A DNA stretch of 64,000 bases from Gemmatimonadales bacterium (GTDB taxonomy: Bacteria; Gemmatimonadota; Gemmatimonadetes; Gemmatimonadales; GWC2-71-9): assembly GCA_037189525.1 (NCBI GenBank), contig JBBCJC010000002.1, positions 672,001-736,000 of the forward strand, read 5' to 3'. Made by a program: the position numbers and the translations under genes. The first letter of the stretch is position 1; each line of letters starts with the position of its first letter. A model generated the notes under the pieces. It worked only from the letters and a program-made list of their open reading frames with translations. It was not told the DNA's origin and ran no database searches. Of the stretch, positions 19,942 to 29,062 are shown piece after piece.

Positions 19942-20309
19942 GTCGGGAGGCTGACGGTTTCAGTTGCCATGGTCGTCATCATGCTTCGAAATCGTTGCGG
20001 AGAAGGCATACGCTGCCGCTCCGTTCATTTTTGGGAGACGTGGTACTCCGGGTCGCCTGCACCGGCCGTGTTCGATTTCGGTGGCGTTGGTCGTGGACAG
20101 ATGGGGCCTCGATTGAAGCCATGGGAGTAGGCGAGTTGCGTTGAGCCGAAGGAACACTGCTCCCTAACGGATCCGCGGTCCCGGTCCGGAAAGGGTGGGG
20201 GATTCGCTCGAGTTGGGCAGGTATGGGAGGCTGCTTGGTACTCGAGAGGCTGCCGATTTCCGAGGATGGTCTAGATTCCATTGACCTTTCCTTCGGATCC
20301 AAGATTTCG

Positions 20310-21656
20310 ATGTTCGTATTCGTCCTGTCGATGTTTTGGGCGTTTCTGGCGCCGTCGGTTGCTCAGTCGCAAACGAGTGGGCCACCCAACGTGGTCCTCA
20401 TCGTCACCGACGATGCGGGGTATGGTGATCTCAGCAGCTACGGTGCTGCCGATCTCCGCACCCCGAACCTCGATGCGCTGGCCCGCGCCGGGGTCCGGTT
20501 CACCGACTTTTACGCCAATGCGCCCCTCTGCACGCCGACCCGCGCTGCGCTGATCTCCGGCCGGTACCAGCAACGCTCGAGTCTCGAGCAGGCGTTGAGC
20601 CACGCTGCGTCGTCGCACGCCGAGTGGGGTCTGGTTCCCACGGGGAACTCGCTGCCGCAGTTGCTCAAGAATCACGGCTATGCCACGGCGCTGATCGGCA
20701 AATGGCACCTGGGGTACAAATCCGAGTACAGTCCGGCAGCGCACGGGTTCGATTACTTCTTCGGATTCAAAAGCGGGTACGTCGACTACTACCGGCATAC
20801 TGACGGAAACGGGCGACCCGATTTTTTCGAGAACGACACGCCGATTACCCGCGACGGCTACATGACCGATCTGATCACCGAGCGGTCGCTCGATTTCATG
20901 CGCCGGCATACGGCCAAACCGTTCTTTCTCGAAGTGGCGTACAGCGCGCCGCATTGGCCCTATCAGCCGCCGGGGCAGCCGTCGACGGCGCGGGGCAATG
21001 CTCGTCATCTGACGCCGTCGGATGACTCGACCAGTACGCGGGCCGATTATGTCGCCATGGTGGAGCGTGCCGACTGGGGGGTCGGCCGGATTCTCCGGAT
21101 GCTCGACAGCTTGGGGCTCGAGCGGAATACGCTGGTCATTTTCACGAATGACAACGGCGGCGAGTGGCTCTCCCGCAACGAGCCGTTCTTCCATCGCAAG
21201 TGGACGCTTTGGGAGGGCGGCATCCGGGTGCCGACGATCATGCGCTGGCCCGGGCGGATTCCCGCCGGCGCCGTGACCGCTCAGGTCGGCATCACGATGG
21301 ATCTCTCCGCCACCATCCTCTCCGCAGCTGGCGCATCGATTCCCCGGGAGGCGCGGTTCGAAGGGATCGATCTCGTCCCGATCGTGAGCGGCGCCTCACC
21401 TGAGGTCGAGCGCACCCTGTTCTGGCGTACCGCGGTTGGCGGTTGGAATCAGCGCGCGGTGCGTTCGGGCGACTGGAAACTGCTGGTCGACGGACTCTCG
21501 ACCTTCCTGTTCAACCTTCGCGATGATCCCGGCGAGCGGAACGATCTGGCACGGCAGCGGTCCGATATTGCCCAACGACTCCGTCCGCTGCTTGCCACAT
21601 GGGAAGCGGATGTGTCAGCCGAGGCCAAGGCGAGGGCGGCGCCGGGAGGACACTGA
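20310..21656 (+). CDS. Exported sulfatase (formylglycine type)
   Basis: PNVVLIVTDD, CTPTR, GKWHLG, APHWP, NDNGG; start uncertain. Confidence 0.93.
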   Translation: MFVFVLSMFWAFLAPSVAQSQTSGPPNVVLIVTDDAGYGDLSSYGAADLRTPNLDALARAGVRFTDFYANAPLCTPTRAALISGRYQQRSSLEQALSHAASSHAEWGLVPTGNSLPQLLKNHGYATALIGKWHLGYKSEYSPAAHGFDYFFGFKSGYVDYYRHTDGNGRPDFFENDTPITRDGYMTDLITERSLDFMRRHTAKPFFLEVAYSAPHWPYQPPGQPSTARGNARHLTPSDDSTSTRADYVAMVERADWGVGRILRMLDSLGLERNTLVIFTNDNGGEWLSRNEPFFHRKWTLWEGGIRVPTIMRWPGRIPAGAVTAQVGITMDLSATILSAAGASIPREARFEGIDLVPIVSGASPEVERTLFWRTAVGGWNQRAVRSGDWKLLVDGLSTFLFNLRDDPGERNDLARQRSDIAQRLRPLLATWEADVSAEAKARAAPGGH

Positions 21657-21683
21657 CGGCGCGCTGGGGCAGACCGCTAACGA

Positions 21684-21716
21684 AACGGGGCCGCGCTACA
21701 TTCGCGCGGCCCCGTT
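21684..21716. terminator. Bidirectional hairpin between convergent genes
   Basis: AACGGGGCCGCGC-N7-GCGCGGCCCCGTT. Confidence 0.75.
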
Positions 21717-21742
21717 GTCGTACCCCTCTCGACAGAGAGCGA

Positions 21743-22639
21743 TCAGTCGTTTCGCTGCCAATCCACCTTGGACGTCACCGTCTGTTTGGACTTGTTGCGC
21801 AGGATCTCCAGCTTCATTACATCGCCAGGCTCGTAGGAGTGGAGGATGCGGAGCAGGCTGGACGGTCCGCGCGCCGGGCGACCATCCACGCTCAGCACCA
21901 CGTCGCCGCCCTTGAGACCCATCGGGTTGTTGCGCGGTGTGTCGATGACGAGCACCCCTTCGGTCGTGCCGAAATAGGCGCCGAGATCGGGATTGATCGG
22001 GGCCAGTTCGAGCTCCGCGAATGGCCCGCCGATCCGGCGGATCATCATATCGGGCGATCCGAACGCCGTCATGCGACGCTGGCCCGGCGCCGACGGGGGA
22101 TCGGGAATCCGGAACCGCATCTCGCCGTCGTCGATGCTGCGGAAGGTGAGCATCCGGTCGTCCGACGCGATGACATTGACCGTCTTGGTCTCGCTGCCGC
22201 GCCGGTATTCGAGTGCGGCCGTGTCGCCCGGCTCGAGTTTGGCGGCCAACTCGACCATCCGAAGGCCGGGATACGATTCGTTTCCTGCGGCGCTCCGGTC
22301 GCCCTCGGTGCCGATCAGGCGCTGGCCGTTGAATCGGGTCACGAGGTCACCCGCGCGCAAGCCGGCTTTGGCGGCCGGACTTGCCGGTGTCACCGACAGG
22401 ATCGTGGCGCCGATCGAATCCGCCGGCGTGGCCTCGACCTGGATGATGATGCCGAGCCGGGCGCGTCGGCTCGCAAAAAAGTCGAGCGGGTCGACTTCGC
22501 TGTCGTTGACCCAGACCCGCGGACGGGCATCGCCCGTGCTTCGCCGCACTTCGATCCGATCGATCGGCGGCTGCGCCCAGAGCGGAGTCGTGAGAGTGCC
22601 GACGGCCAGGGTGGTCAACAGGAACTGCTTGGTACGCAT
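21743..22639 (-). CDS. Exported double-PDZ protein without protease domain
   Basis: Signal peptide; RLGI...SPAAKAGLRAGD and GLKGGDVVLSVDG. Confidence 0.88.
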   Translation of the reverse strand: MRTKQFLLTTLAVGTLTTPLWAQPPIDRIEVRRSTGDARPRVWVNDSEVDPLDFFASRRARLGIIIQVEATPADSIGATILSVTPASPAAKAGLRAGDLVTRFNGQRLIGTEGDRSAAGNESYPGLRMVELAAKLEPGDTAALEYRRGSETKTVNVIASDDRMLTFRSIDDGEMRFRIPDPPSAPGQRRMTAFGSPDMMIRRIGGPFAELELAPINPDLGAYFGTTEGVLVIDTPRNNPMGLKGGDVVLSVDGRPARGPSSLLRILHSYEPGDVMKLEILRNKSKQTVTSKVDWQRND

Positions 22640-22663
22640 ACGGTGCTATGACTCCTGTGGGCC

Positions 22664-23272
22664 CTAAAAGCCCACGTAACGGGCGCCGGACAGGTGAACA
22701 TCGACCAGCGCGTCGAGCAGTCCGACACGCTCGCGCCACAGCCGGAGCATCTGCTCACGCTGGGTTTGCTGGTCCATCAGATTGACCGCCTGAATCTGCC
22801 GGTCGAGGTGTGCGACCCGATCTTCGAGCAGCGACGTCACCGCCACCGTATGGCCATTGACGACCTGCCGGTCCTGATCGAAGCCGGACAGCGCTTGTTC
22901 GAGCTGCGAAGCCCGGCTCATCACTTCCGCCAGCTCCGGATCGGCCGCGACCAGGGTGCGTTCCTCTTTGCGCAACGAGAATCCGGTAATGGCGAGAATG
23001 ACGGTTGCCGCCAGCGCGACACCACCCAGCGCTACCTGCCTGAGCCGAAGCCGCCGGCGTTCGCGGGCGGCTTCGAGTCGGACGGCGCCGAACAGGTCGC
23101 GGGAAGGACGAAGGGTTGGGAGCGCGCGGAGCCGAGCGCTCCGCTGATCCAGCCGAGTCAGTTCGTCTCGGCAGGCGCCACAGTGATCGAGATGCTCGCG
23201 CCACGACATGACCTGGGGCTCGAGCCCCGGCTCGCGGGTGGCCAGCAGCTGATCGATATTCAAATGTGTCAT
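22664..23272 (-). CDS. Zinc-binding anti-sigma factor
   Basis: HLDHCGAC (HxxxCxxC), one TM, coupled to ECF gene. Confidence 0.8.
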   Translation of the reverse strand: MTHLNIDQLLATREPGLEPQVMSWREHLDHCGACRDELTRLDQRSARLRALPTLRPSRDLFGAVRLEAARERRRLRLRQVALGGVALAATVILAITGFSLRKEERTLVAADPELAEVMSRASQLEQALSGFDQDRQVVNGHTVAVTSLLEDRVAHLDRQIQAVNLMDQQTQREQMLRLWRERVGLLDALVDVHLSGARYVGF

Positions 23273-23808
23273 ACGGGTACCGCTTCCTCGCCCAGCCATC
23301 GCCGGAGCCGGGCGTGGGCACGCGCCAGCTGCGACTTCGAAAAGCTGACCGTGCGGTCCATCATCTTGGCGATTTCTTCGTGAGTGTATCCCTCGACGTC
23401 GTGGAGCCAGACCACGGCGCGCGAGGTTTCGGGCAAGCGCTCCAGCGCAGCTTCCAGGTCCATCCGGAGCGCCGTATCCTCCCGGCGCATCGGGGCGATC
23501 TCATCGTTGAGTTCGTCAGTGTCCCGGTACTTGTTGCGACGGAGGCGCATCAGCGCTTTGCTGGACGCAATGGTCCGGATCCAACCCCAGAGGCTGCCGT
23601 CGCCCCGATACTGCCGGATGCTGCGAAAGACCTCGAGGAACGTTTCCTGGAGCACGTCCTCGGCGTCTTCGGTGGTGCGGCAGATCCGCCGGGCCAGGTT
23701 GTACACCGGCGACTCGAAGGCGCGGAACAGAGCTTCCTGCGCCTCCGGATCACCGGCCCGGAGCCGGGGGAGTACCGCATCGGCATTGGCCAGCCGGAAT
23801 GCGTCCAT
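23269..23808 (-). CDS. ECF RNA polymerase sigma factor
   Basis: DAEDVLQETF, LHDVEGYTHEEIA, SKSQLARA. Confidence 0.93.
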   Translation of the reverse strand: MDAFRLANADAVLPRLRAGDPEAQEALFRAFESPVYNLARRICRTTEDAEDVLQETFLEVFRSIRQYRGDGSLWGWIRTIASSKALMRLRRNKYRDTDELNDEIAPMRREDTALRMDLEAALERLPETSRAVVWLHDVEGYTHEEIAKMMDRTVSFSKSQLARAHARLRRWLGEEAVPV

Positions 23809-23858
23809 GCGAAGGGTTCCTGTCAGCACACCATGAATCCTGTGAGTCTGCCTTCCAA

Positions 23859-23885
23859 GATGCGTAATATGGATCATTGGTTGCA
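23859..23885 (-). promoter_or_regulatory. ECF-type promoter (likely autoregulatory)
   Basis: Minus strand TGCAAC-N16-GCATC upstream of the ECF gene. Confidence 0.55.
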
Positions 23886-23957
23886 CCAGCGCCCGGCGGT
23901 TCCAGGTCAAAGGCCGTAACCCATTGAAATATCATGAGATAACTAGGGAGGTCCTCA

Positions 23958-24359
23958 ATGCATGTCTCGGTCCCCAGTCAGACTCGCACTGGCCGTTCGC
24001 TCCTGATAGGGACGCTCATGTTCGCTGCCTCATGCGATCTCTTCGAGGGAGATTGCACGACGGAGGCGCGGCCGGGGCTGGAGGTTGCTGTGCATGATCA
24101 GGCCGATAAACCGCTGACGATCCCCCCGTCGATCACCGTGACGGATGGAGATTTCGTCGAGCGGTATCCGCGCCAGGATCGGCCGGGGAGCGTTCTTCCC
24201 AGCTACTCCTTCGCCGTAGAGCGGCCCGGTGAGTACTCGATACGGGTCGAGGCAGCAGGCTATCGCGTTTGGCAGAAATCAGGAGTGACCGTCAAAGAGG
24301 GGAGTTGTGGTCACGTCAAGACCGTTCGGGTGACGGCCCGACTCATTCGCCGCGTATAA
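23958..24359 (+). CDS. Lipoprotein, carboxypeptidase-regulatory-like beta-sandwich
   Basis: SD GGGAGG, lipobox AASC, ERPGEYSIRVEAAGY, two further Cys. Confidence 0.75.
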   Translation: MHVSVPSQTRTGRSLLIGTLMFAASCDLFEGDCTTEARPGLEVAVHDQADKPLTIPPSITVTDGDFVERYPRQDRPGSVLPSYSFAVERPGEYSIRVEAAGYRVWQKSGVTVKEGSCGHVKTVRVTARLIRRV

Positions 24360-24482
24360 GGCAAGTGATTGTGTCATAGCGGCTTACGGCGCAGCACACC
24401 CTTGGAGATTAGATTAGCAAGGTTGCGTCCTTCTGCGAGCGCGGATCGGCGCGCCGCTTTCACCGCAATCCGGGTCGGTTTC

Positions 24483-25271
24483 GTGACTCCTTGGGTTCTT
24501 CGCATCGTCATCGCGTGCGTGGGCGTCTTCTTTCTGCAGACGACCATGCCCGCCATAACCGACCTGCTGGGTCTCCGGGTGCATGGCTTGCTCTTCCGCC
24601 CCTGGACGCTGGTGACGTACATGTTCGTCCACGGCGGGTTGAGCCACATCTTCTGGAACCTGCTGATTCTCTACTTCTTCGGTCCCGCCGTGGAGTCCCG
24701 ACTCGGCGGTGCCCGGTTCCTCCGGCTCTTCCTGATCAGCGGCATCGTGGGCGGTCTGGGCTGGCTCATCTTCAGCGCCATTCCGGGTGGCGGGATCGGT
24801 CTCCTGATCGGCGCGTCCGGTGGCGTGTACGGAGTGCAGCTCGCCTTTGCCTACTATTGGCCGAGACAGCCGATCTACATCTGGGGTATCCTGCCGATCG
24901 AGGCCCGCTGGCTGGTCATCATCATGACCGCGATGTCGCTCTACTCGGGACTGGGCGGCGGCGGGGGTAACGTGGCCCATTTTGCCCACCTGGGCGGCTT
25001 CCTCGGTGGCTTCCTGTATCTCAAGTGGATGGAGCGCCGGCAGCAGGCCCCGCTCCGTGAGTGGCGCGAGGCCTCTCGGCCGGTGGCACCCAAGGCCGAA
25101 TCGGGTTCGGGCGCGATGGAGCGCTGGTCCCGGATCCGTCGTGAGGATCTGCACGAGGTCAATCGCAGCGAACTCGACCGCATCCTCGACAAGATCAGTG
25201 CCTCAGGCATCAGCAGCCTGACACCCTCCGAGCGCGAGTTCCTCGACCGGTTCAGCGCCAGGCTGCATTAG
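24483..25271 (+). CDS. Rhomboid intramembrane serine protease
   Basis: TYMFVH..LSHI, GASG, AHFAHLGG; C-terminal LDRILDKISASG tail. Confidence 0.93.
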   Translation: MTPWVLRIVIACVGVFFLQTTMPAITDLLGLRVHGLLFRPWTLVTYMFVHGGLSHIFWNLLILYFFGPAVESRLGGARFLRLFLISGIVGGLGWLIFSAIPGGGIGLLIGASGGVYGVQLAFAYYWPRQPIYIWGILPIEARWLVIIMTAMSLYSGLGGGGGNVAHFAHLGGFLGGFLYLKWMERRQQAPLREWREASRPVAPKAESGSGAMERWSRIRREDLHEVNRSELDRILDKISASGISSLTPSEREFLDRFSARLH

Positions 25272-25293
25272 TCACGCAGCACGCCGACCGATG

Positions 25294-25335
25294 AAAAAAG
25301 CCGGACCCCTCGTTTGAAGGGTCCGGCTTTTCTTT
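25294..25335. terminator. Bidirectional rho-independent terminator
   Basis: AAAAAAGCCGGACCC...GGGTCCGGCTTTTCTTT between convergent genes. Confidence 0.88.
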
Positions 25336-25346
25336 CTGTCGAATCG

Positions 25347-26348
25347 TTAGGCGAACAGCGCCACCTGACCGCCGGTATGCCAGAACAGGACGGTCGCGTC
25401 CTTGGGGATACGGCCGTCGCGGCAGTAGGCAATCAGGCCCGCGAGACCTTTGGCGCTATAGGTATGGTCGACGAACACCGCCTGGGTGCGCGCAGCCGTG
25501 TCTTGGGCTTCCCGTGAGGCGGCCGTCGGCTGGCCGTAGCCATCGCCGACGAACCCGTCATCCACCTCCACGGTGATCGCGCCGTCGAGAGCGTTGCCGT
25601 CCAGACCAAGGAGCGGACCGAGCCCGCGCACGATGGATCGCACCTCGGCTTCGACGGCGGCCGGCGGATCGTCGGCGCTGATCCCGATGACGCGCGTCGA
25701 TAGTCCGTGCAGGGCGACACCAGCCAGGATGCCGGCCGAGGTACCGCCGGAGGAGCAGGCGTGGACGATCACGTCCGGGACAATGCCCTGAGTCTTCATT
25801 TCGCCGATGCCGTCGACGAAGCCCAGCGCGCCTTGCGGTGTCGACGCTCCGAGTGGGATGATCGCGGGTCGCCGGCCTTGGGCCCGATACCGTTCTGCAG
25901 CCCGTTCCATGGCCGGTTTGCGTTCCTCTCGGCTCGTGACATACTCGACGGTGGCGCCGAGCATCCGGTTGAGCAGCGCATTGCCGGTGGGACGTTCGGG
26001 GGCAGCGCCGTTGCCCACCAGATGGCATGTGAGTCCCGATGCGGCGGCTACGGCGGCCGTGGCGCGCGCATGATTCGACTGCACTCCGCCGCAGGAAATC
26101 AGTGTATCGACCCCGTCAGCCAGGAGCGGAGGCAGGACGTAGCGCAGCTTGCGGACCTTGTTGCCGCCGAAACCGAAGGAGACGGCATCGTCGCGCTTGC
26201 AGAGGATGCGTTGCGAGAGACCCAGCGCGTCCCGGAACCGGCCGAGTTCGTCGATCGGCGTCGGGTAGTGTCCGAAGGAGGCAATGGGCAGGCGCGCCAG
26301 GGCGTCGAGCGCCGCACTGGCCTGAGATGACGGGATCGAATTTGGCAT
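25347..26348 (-). CDS. D-cysteine desulfhydrase / ACC deaminase family PLP enzyme
   Basis: PTP, KRDD, GGNKVRKL, QSNH, SSGGT, WHTGG. Confidence 0.92.
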   Translation of the reverse strand: MPNSIPSSQASAALDALARLPIASFGHYPTPIDELGRFRDALGLSQRILCKRDDAVSFGFGGNKVRKLRYVLPPLLADGVDTLISCGGVQSNHARATAAVAAASGLTCHLVGNGAAPERPTGNALLNRMLGATVEYVTSREERKPAMERAAERYRAQGRRPAIIPLGASTPQGALGFVDGIGEMKTQGIVPDVIVHACSSGGTSAGILAGVALHGLSTRVIGISADDPPAAVEAEVRSIVRGLGPLLGLDGNALDGAITVEVDDGFVGDGYGQPTAASREAQDTAARTQAVFVDHTYSAKGLAGLIAYCRDGRIPKDATVLFWHTGGQVALFA

Positions 26349-26714
26349 GCGATCAGTCTAGGGGGCGAAGCCAGTCGATGCAATGAGACCCGGTGGGGTG
26401 CTTGCCGGTTTTTCTTCCGGGCTTAGGTTCCCCCTTCATCGACCATGCACGTGCCGGATGACGCGCCCGCCCAGTTGCCCAAGTGGAAGCGCGTCGGTCT
26501 GTCGGTTTCGCCCCATCCGTTTGACTCGTCCATGGCACCATGGACACCAACTCGGCTCTGTGGGTGGCGCCATCGTATGGCAGGGCAGTCGCGAGGTGGG
26601 CGGGGTGGCCGGCTTTGCGGACATTCCAGTGCCGAGAACGTCGAGACCATTCACGAGTTTCTGAATCCAGGCAAAACGCCTTCTGTGGTAACACGAAGGA
26701 CGGGGACAACCGCG

Positions 26715-29045
26715 ATGATGAAGCAACGCATTACGCTGCTGACGCTGGCGCTTGCCGTGACGAGCGCCGTACCGGTCTTGGGGCAGGCCTCACTGACGGA
26801 GGCCAAGCGCCGTCTCTCCCAGATCGAAGGGCGGATCCCGATTGCCGGGCTCGACTCCGCCGTCGAGGTCCGTCGGGATCAGTGGGGTGTCCCACACATC
26901 TACGCCAGAACCGTATCGGACCTCTTCTTTACGCAGGGGTTCGTCGCTGCGCAGGACCGGCTTTGGCAGATGGAAATCTGGCGGCGCCAGGGCGATGGAT
27001 TGCTGGCCGAGGTGCTGGGGCCGGACCTGGTGGAGCGGGACCGGTTTGCCAGGCTGCTCAAGTACCGGGGCGACATGGAGGCCGAATGGACCAGTTACGC
27101 ACCGGATACCAAGGAAATCGTCCGTGCGTTCGTGGCCGGGGTCAACGCGCAGATTGCCCGGGTACGGGATAATCCGCCGATCGAGTTCGCGTTGCAGGGC
27201 TTCCGGCCCGAGCCGTGGGGTGAACACGTCCCGCTGCAGCGGATGGCCGCCCTGGCCATGACGGGTAACGCGCTGGTCGAGGTCGATCGGACGCGGCTCC
27301 TCAGCGAAATCGAGCAGGCCACGCTCGAGGCGCTCTTCCCGCTCGATCCGGCCCGGTCGCTCGATCCGGCCTCCGATTTCGATCTGACTGGGATCTCGGT
27401 GCGGTCACTCGGCGCAGCGGCAGCTGCGTACACTGGAGTGCCCTTCCAGCGCTTCGACGGCTCCAACAACTGGGTGATCAGCGGGTCCCGGAGCAAAACC
27501 GGCAAGCCGCTTCTGGCCAACGATCCGCACCGAGCGGTCACGCTGCCGGCGCTCCGTTATCTGACGCACCTGGTCGGTCCGGGGTGGAATGTGATCGGCG
27601 CGGGGGAGCCCGGAGTGCCGGGCGTGGCTGGCGGGCATAACGGCGCGATGGCGTTCGGGTTCACCATCGTCGGGATGGATCAGCAGGACGTCTATGTCGA
27701 AAAGCTCGGTCCCTGTCCCCTGGCCTCGCCCAAGCGCTGTTACTGGAACCGGGGCGATTGGAAGCCGGTCCATGTCATCGTCGATACCATCCCGGTCAAG
27801 GGCGAGGCGGCGCGGGTGGTCAACCTCGAGTTTACCGAACATGGTCCCATCATCTCGGAAGACCGCAACGGAACGCGCGGCTTCGTGATCCGCTTCGTGG
27901 GCAGCGAGCCGGGTACGGCGGGATACCTGGCTCAGATCTCGATCAACCGGGCCAAGGACTGGAAGACGTTCCGCGAGGCGGCGCATCGCTGGCGTTTGCC
28001 GACCGAAAATCTGGTCTACGCCGATACCAGCGGCACCATTGGCTGGATTGCGGCAGGGCTCAACCCGATCCGGTCGTGGAGTGGTCTGCTACCGGTTCCC
28101 GGCGACGGCCGGTTCGAATGGGAAGGGTTCCTCCCGTTCTCGGAACTTCCGGAGAGCGTCAACCCGTCCAGCGGTTACATCGTCACGGCCAATCACAACA
28201 TTCTGCCGGCAGGGTATCGGCATCAGCTCAACTACGACTGGGCCACGCCGTACCGGGCCAATCGCATCACTCGTGAGCTTGCCAAGCGCCGCAACTGGAC
28301 CCGTCAGGATTTCGAGACGCTCCAGCACGATGAATATTCCTTGCCGGCGTCGGAGTTGGTGCCGGTGTTGTTGCGTGCGGCGGAGCGTCGCCGCGTGCGC
28401 GGGCCGGAACTCGATCTCATGAAGCGGTGGGATTTCGTAATGCGGCGCGACGATGCGGCGCCTCTCATCTACACCGCCTGGATGCGGGACCTCGCGGCGG
28501 CCGTGTACCAGCCGCGCTTCGGCGGCCGGACCCGGGAACGAGGCCGGGCGTACGATCTGCCGACGGTCATTCGGTTGGTCCGCACACCCGATCGTGTCTT
28601 TGGCGCCAAGCCGGAGGCGGCCCGTGACTCGCTGGTGCTGGCCGTGTTCGATCAGGCGGTGGCCCGGGTTCGTGCCGAGGTCGGGGGCGCGGCTTCGAGC
28701 TGGAAATGGGGCGATCTCCATCAGGCACATTTCCGGCATCCGCTGGCCAAGGCGTTCGACCTGCCCTCGATCCGCCGCGGCGGCGACGACAATACCGTCA
28801 ACATGACGGCCGGCGGCGGATGGACCCAGTCGTCCGGGGCATCGTACCGGGGCATCTTCGATCTGGCCGATCTCGACAATTCGGTGGCTACCTCGGTACC
28901 CGGGCAGTCGGGACAGCCGGGCAGTCCCTTCTATGACAACCTGCTCGAGCTCTGGGGCGAAGGGCGATACTTCCCGCTGCTCTACAGTCGCGCTGCCGTC
29001 GAACGGGAGACGCGCTACGTACTCTGGCTCGAACCGGGACGTTAG
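26715..29045 (+). CDS. Penicillin acylase family Ntn hydrolase (S45)
   Basis: Signal peptide, DQWGVPHIYA, AQDRLWQM, GSNNW, ANDPH, TANH, PGQSG. Confidence 0.95.
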   Translation: MMKQRITLLTLALAVTSAVPVLGQASLTEAKRRLSQIEGRIPIAGLDSAVEVRRDQWGVPHIYARTVSDLFFTQGFVAAQDRLWQMEIWRRQGDGLLAEVLGPDLVERDRFARLLKYRGDMEAEWTSYAPDTKEIVRAFVAGVNAQIARVRDNPPIEFALQGFRPEPWGEHVPLQRMAALAMTGNALVEVDRTRLLSEIEQATLEALFPLDPARSLDPASDFDLTGISVRSLGAAAAAYTGVPFQRFDGSNNWVISGSRSKTGKPLLANDPHRAVTLPALRYLTHLVGPGWNVIGAGEPGVPGVAGGHNGAMAFGFTIVGMDQQDVYVEKLGPCPLASPKRCYWNRGDWKPVHVIVDTIPVKGEAARVVNLEFTEHGPIISEDRNGTRGFVIRFVGSEPGTAGYLAQISINRAKDWKTFREAAHRWRLPTENLVYADTSGTIGWIAAGLNPIRSWSGLLPVPGDGRFEWEGFLPFSELPESVNPSSGYIVTANHNILPAGYRHQLNYDWATPYRANRITRELAKRRNWTRQDFETLQHDEYSLPASELVPVLLRAAERRRVRGPELDLMKRWDFVMRRDDAAPLIYTAWMRDLAAAVYQPRFGGRTRERGRAYDLPTVIRLVRTPDRVFGAKPEAARDSLVLAVFDQAVARVRAEVGGAASSWKWGDLHQAHFRHPLAKAFDLPSIRRGGDDNTVNMTAGGGWTQSSGASYRGIFDLADLDNSVATSVPGQSGQPGSPFYDNLLELWGEGRYFPLLYSRAAVERETRYVLWLEPGR

Positions 29046-29062
29046 GCAGCTTCGTCGGCGCC

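Noticed and set aside
20123..20165. GCCGAAGGAAC resembling a glycine riboswitch core
   Set aside because: No GGAGA 5' element or CTCTCAGG 3' element in the right places.
26665..26712. GGCAAA...GTAA...GGACG resembling a c-di-GMP-I riboswitch; CTGAATCC...ACGGGG resembling the c-di-AMP aptamer start
   Set aside because: Lacks GACGCAAAG and the following stem; the start codon follows too soon to fit either aptamer.
26445..26714. 90-aa N-terminal extension of the penicillin acylase ORF
   Set aside because: A good signal peptide and SD begin at 26715; the extension has non-protein-like composition.
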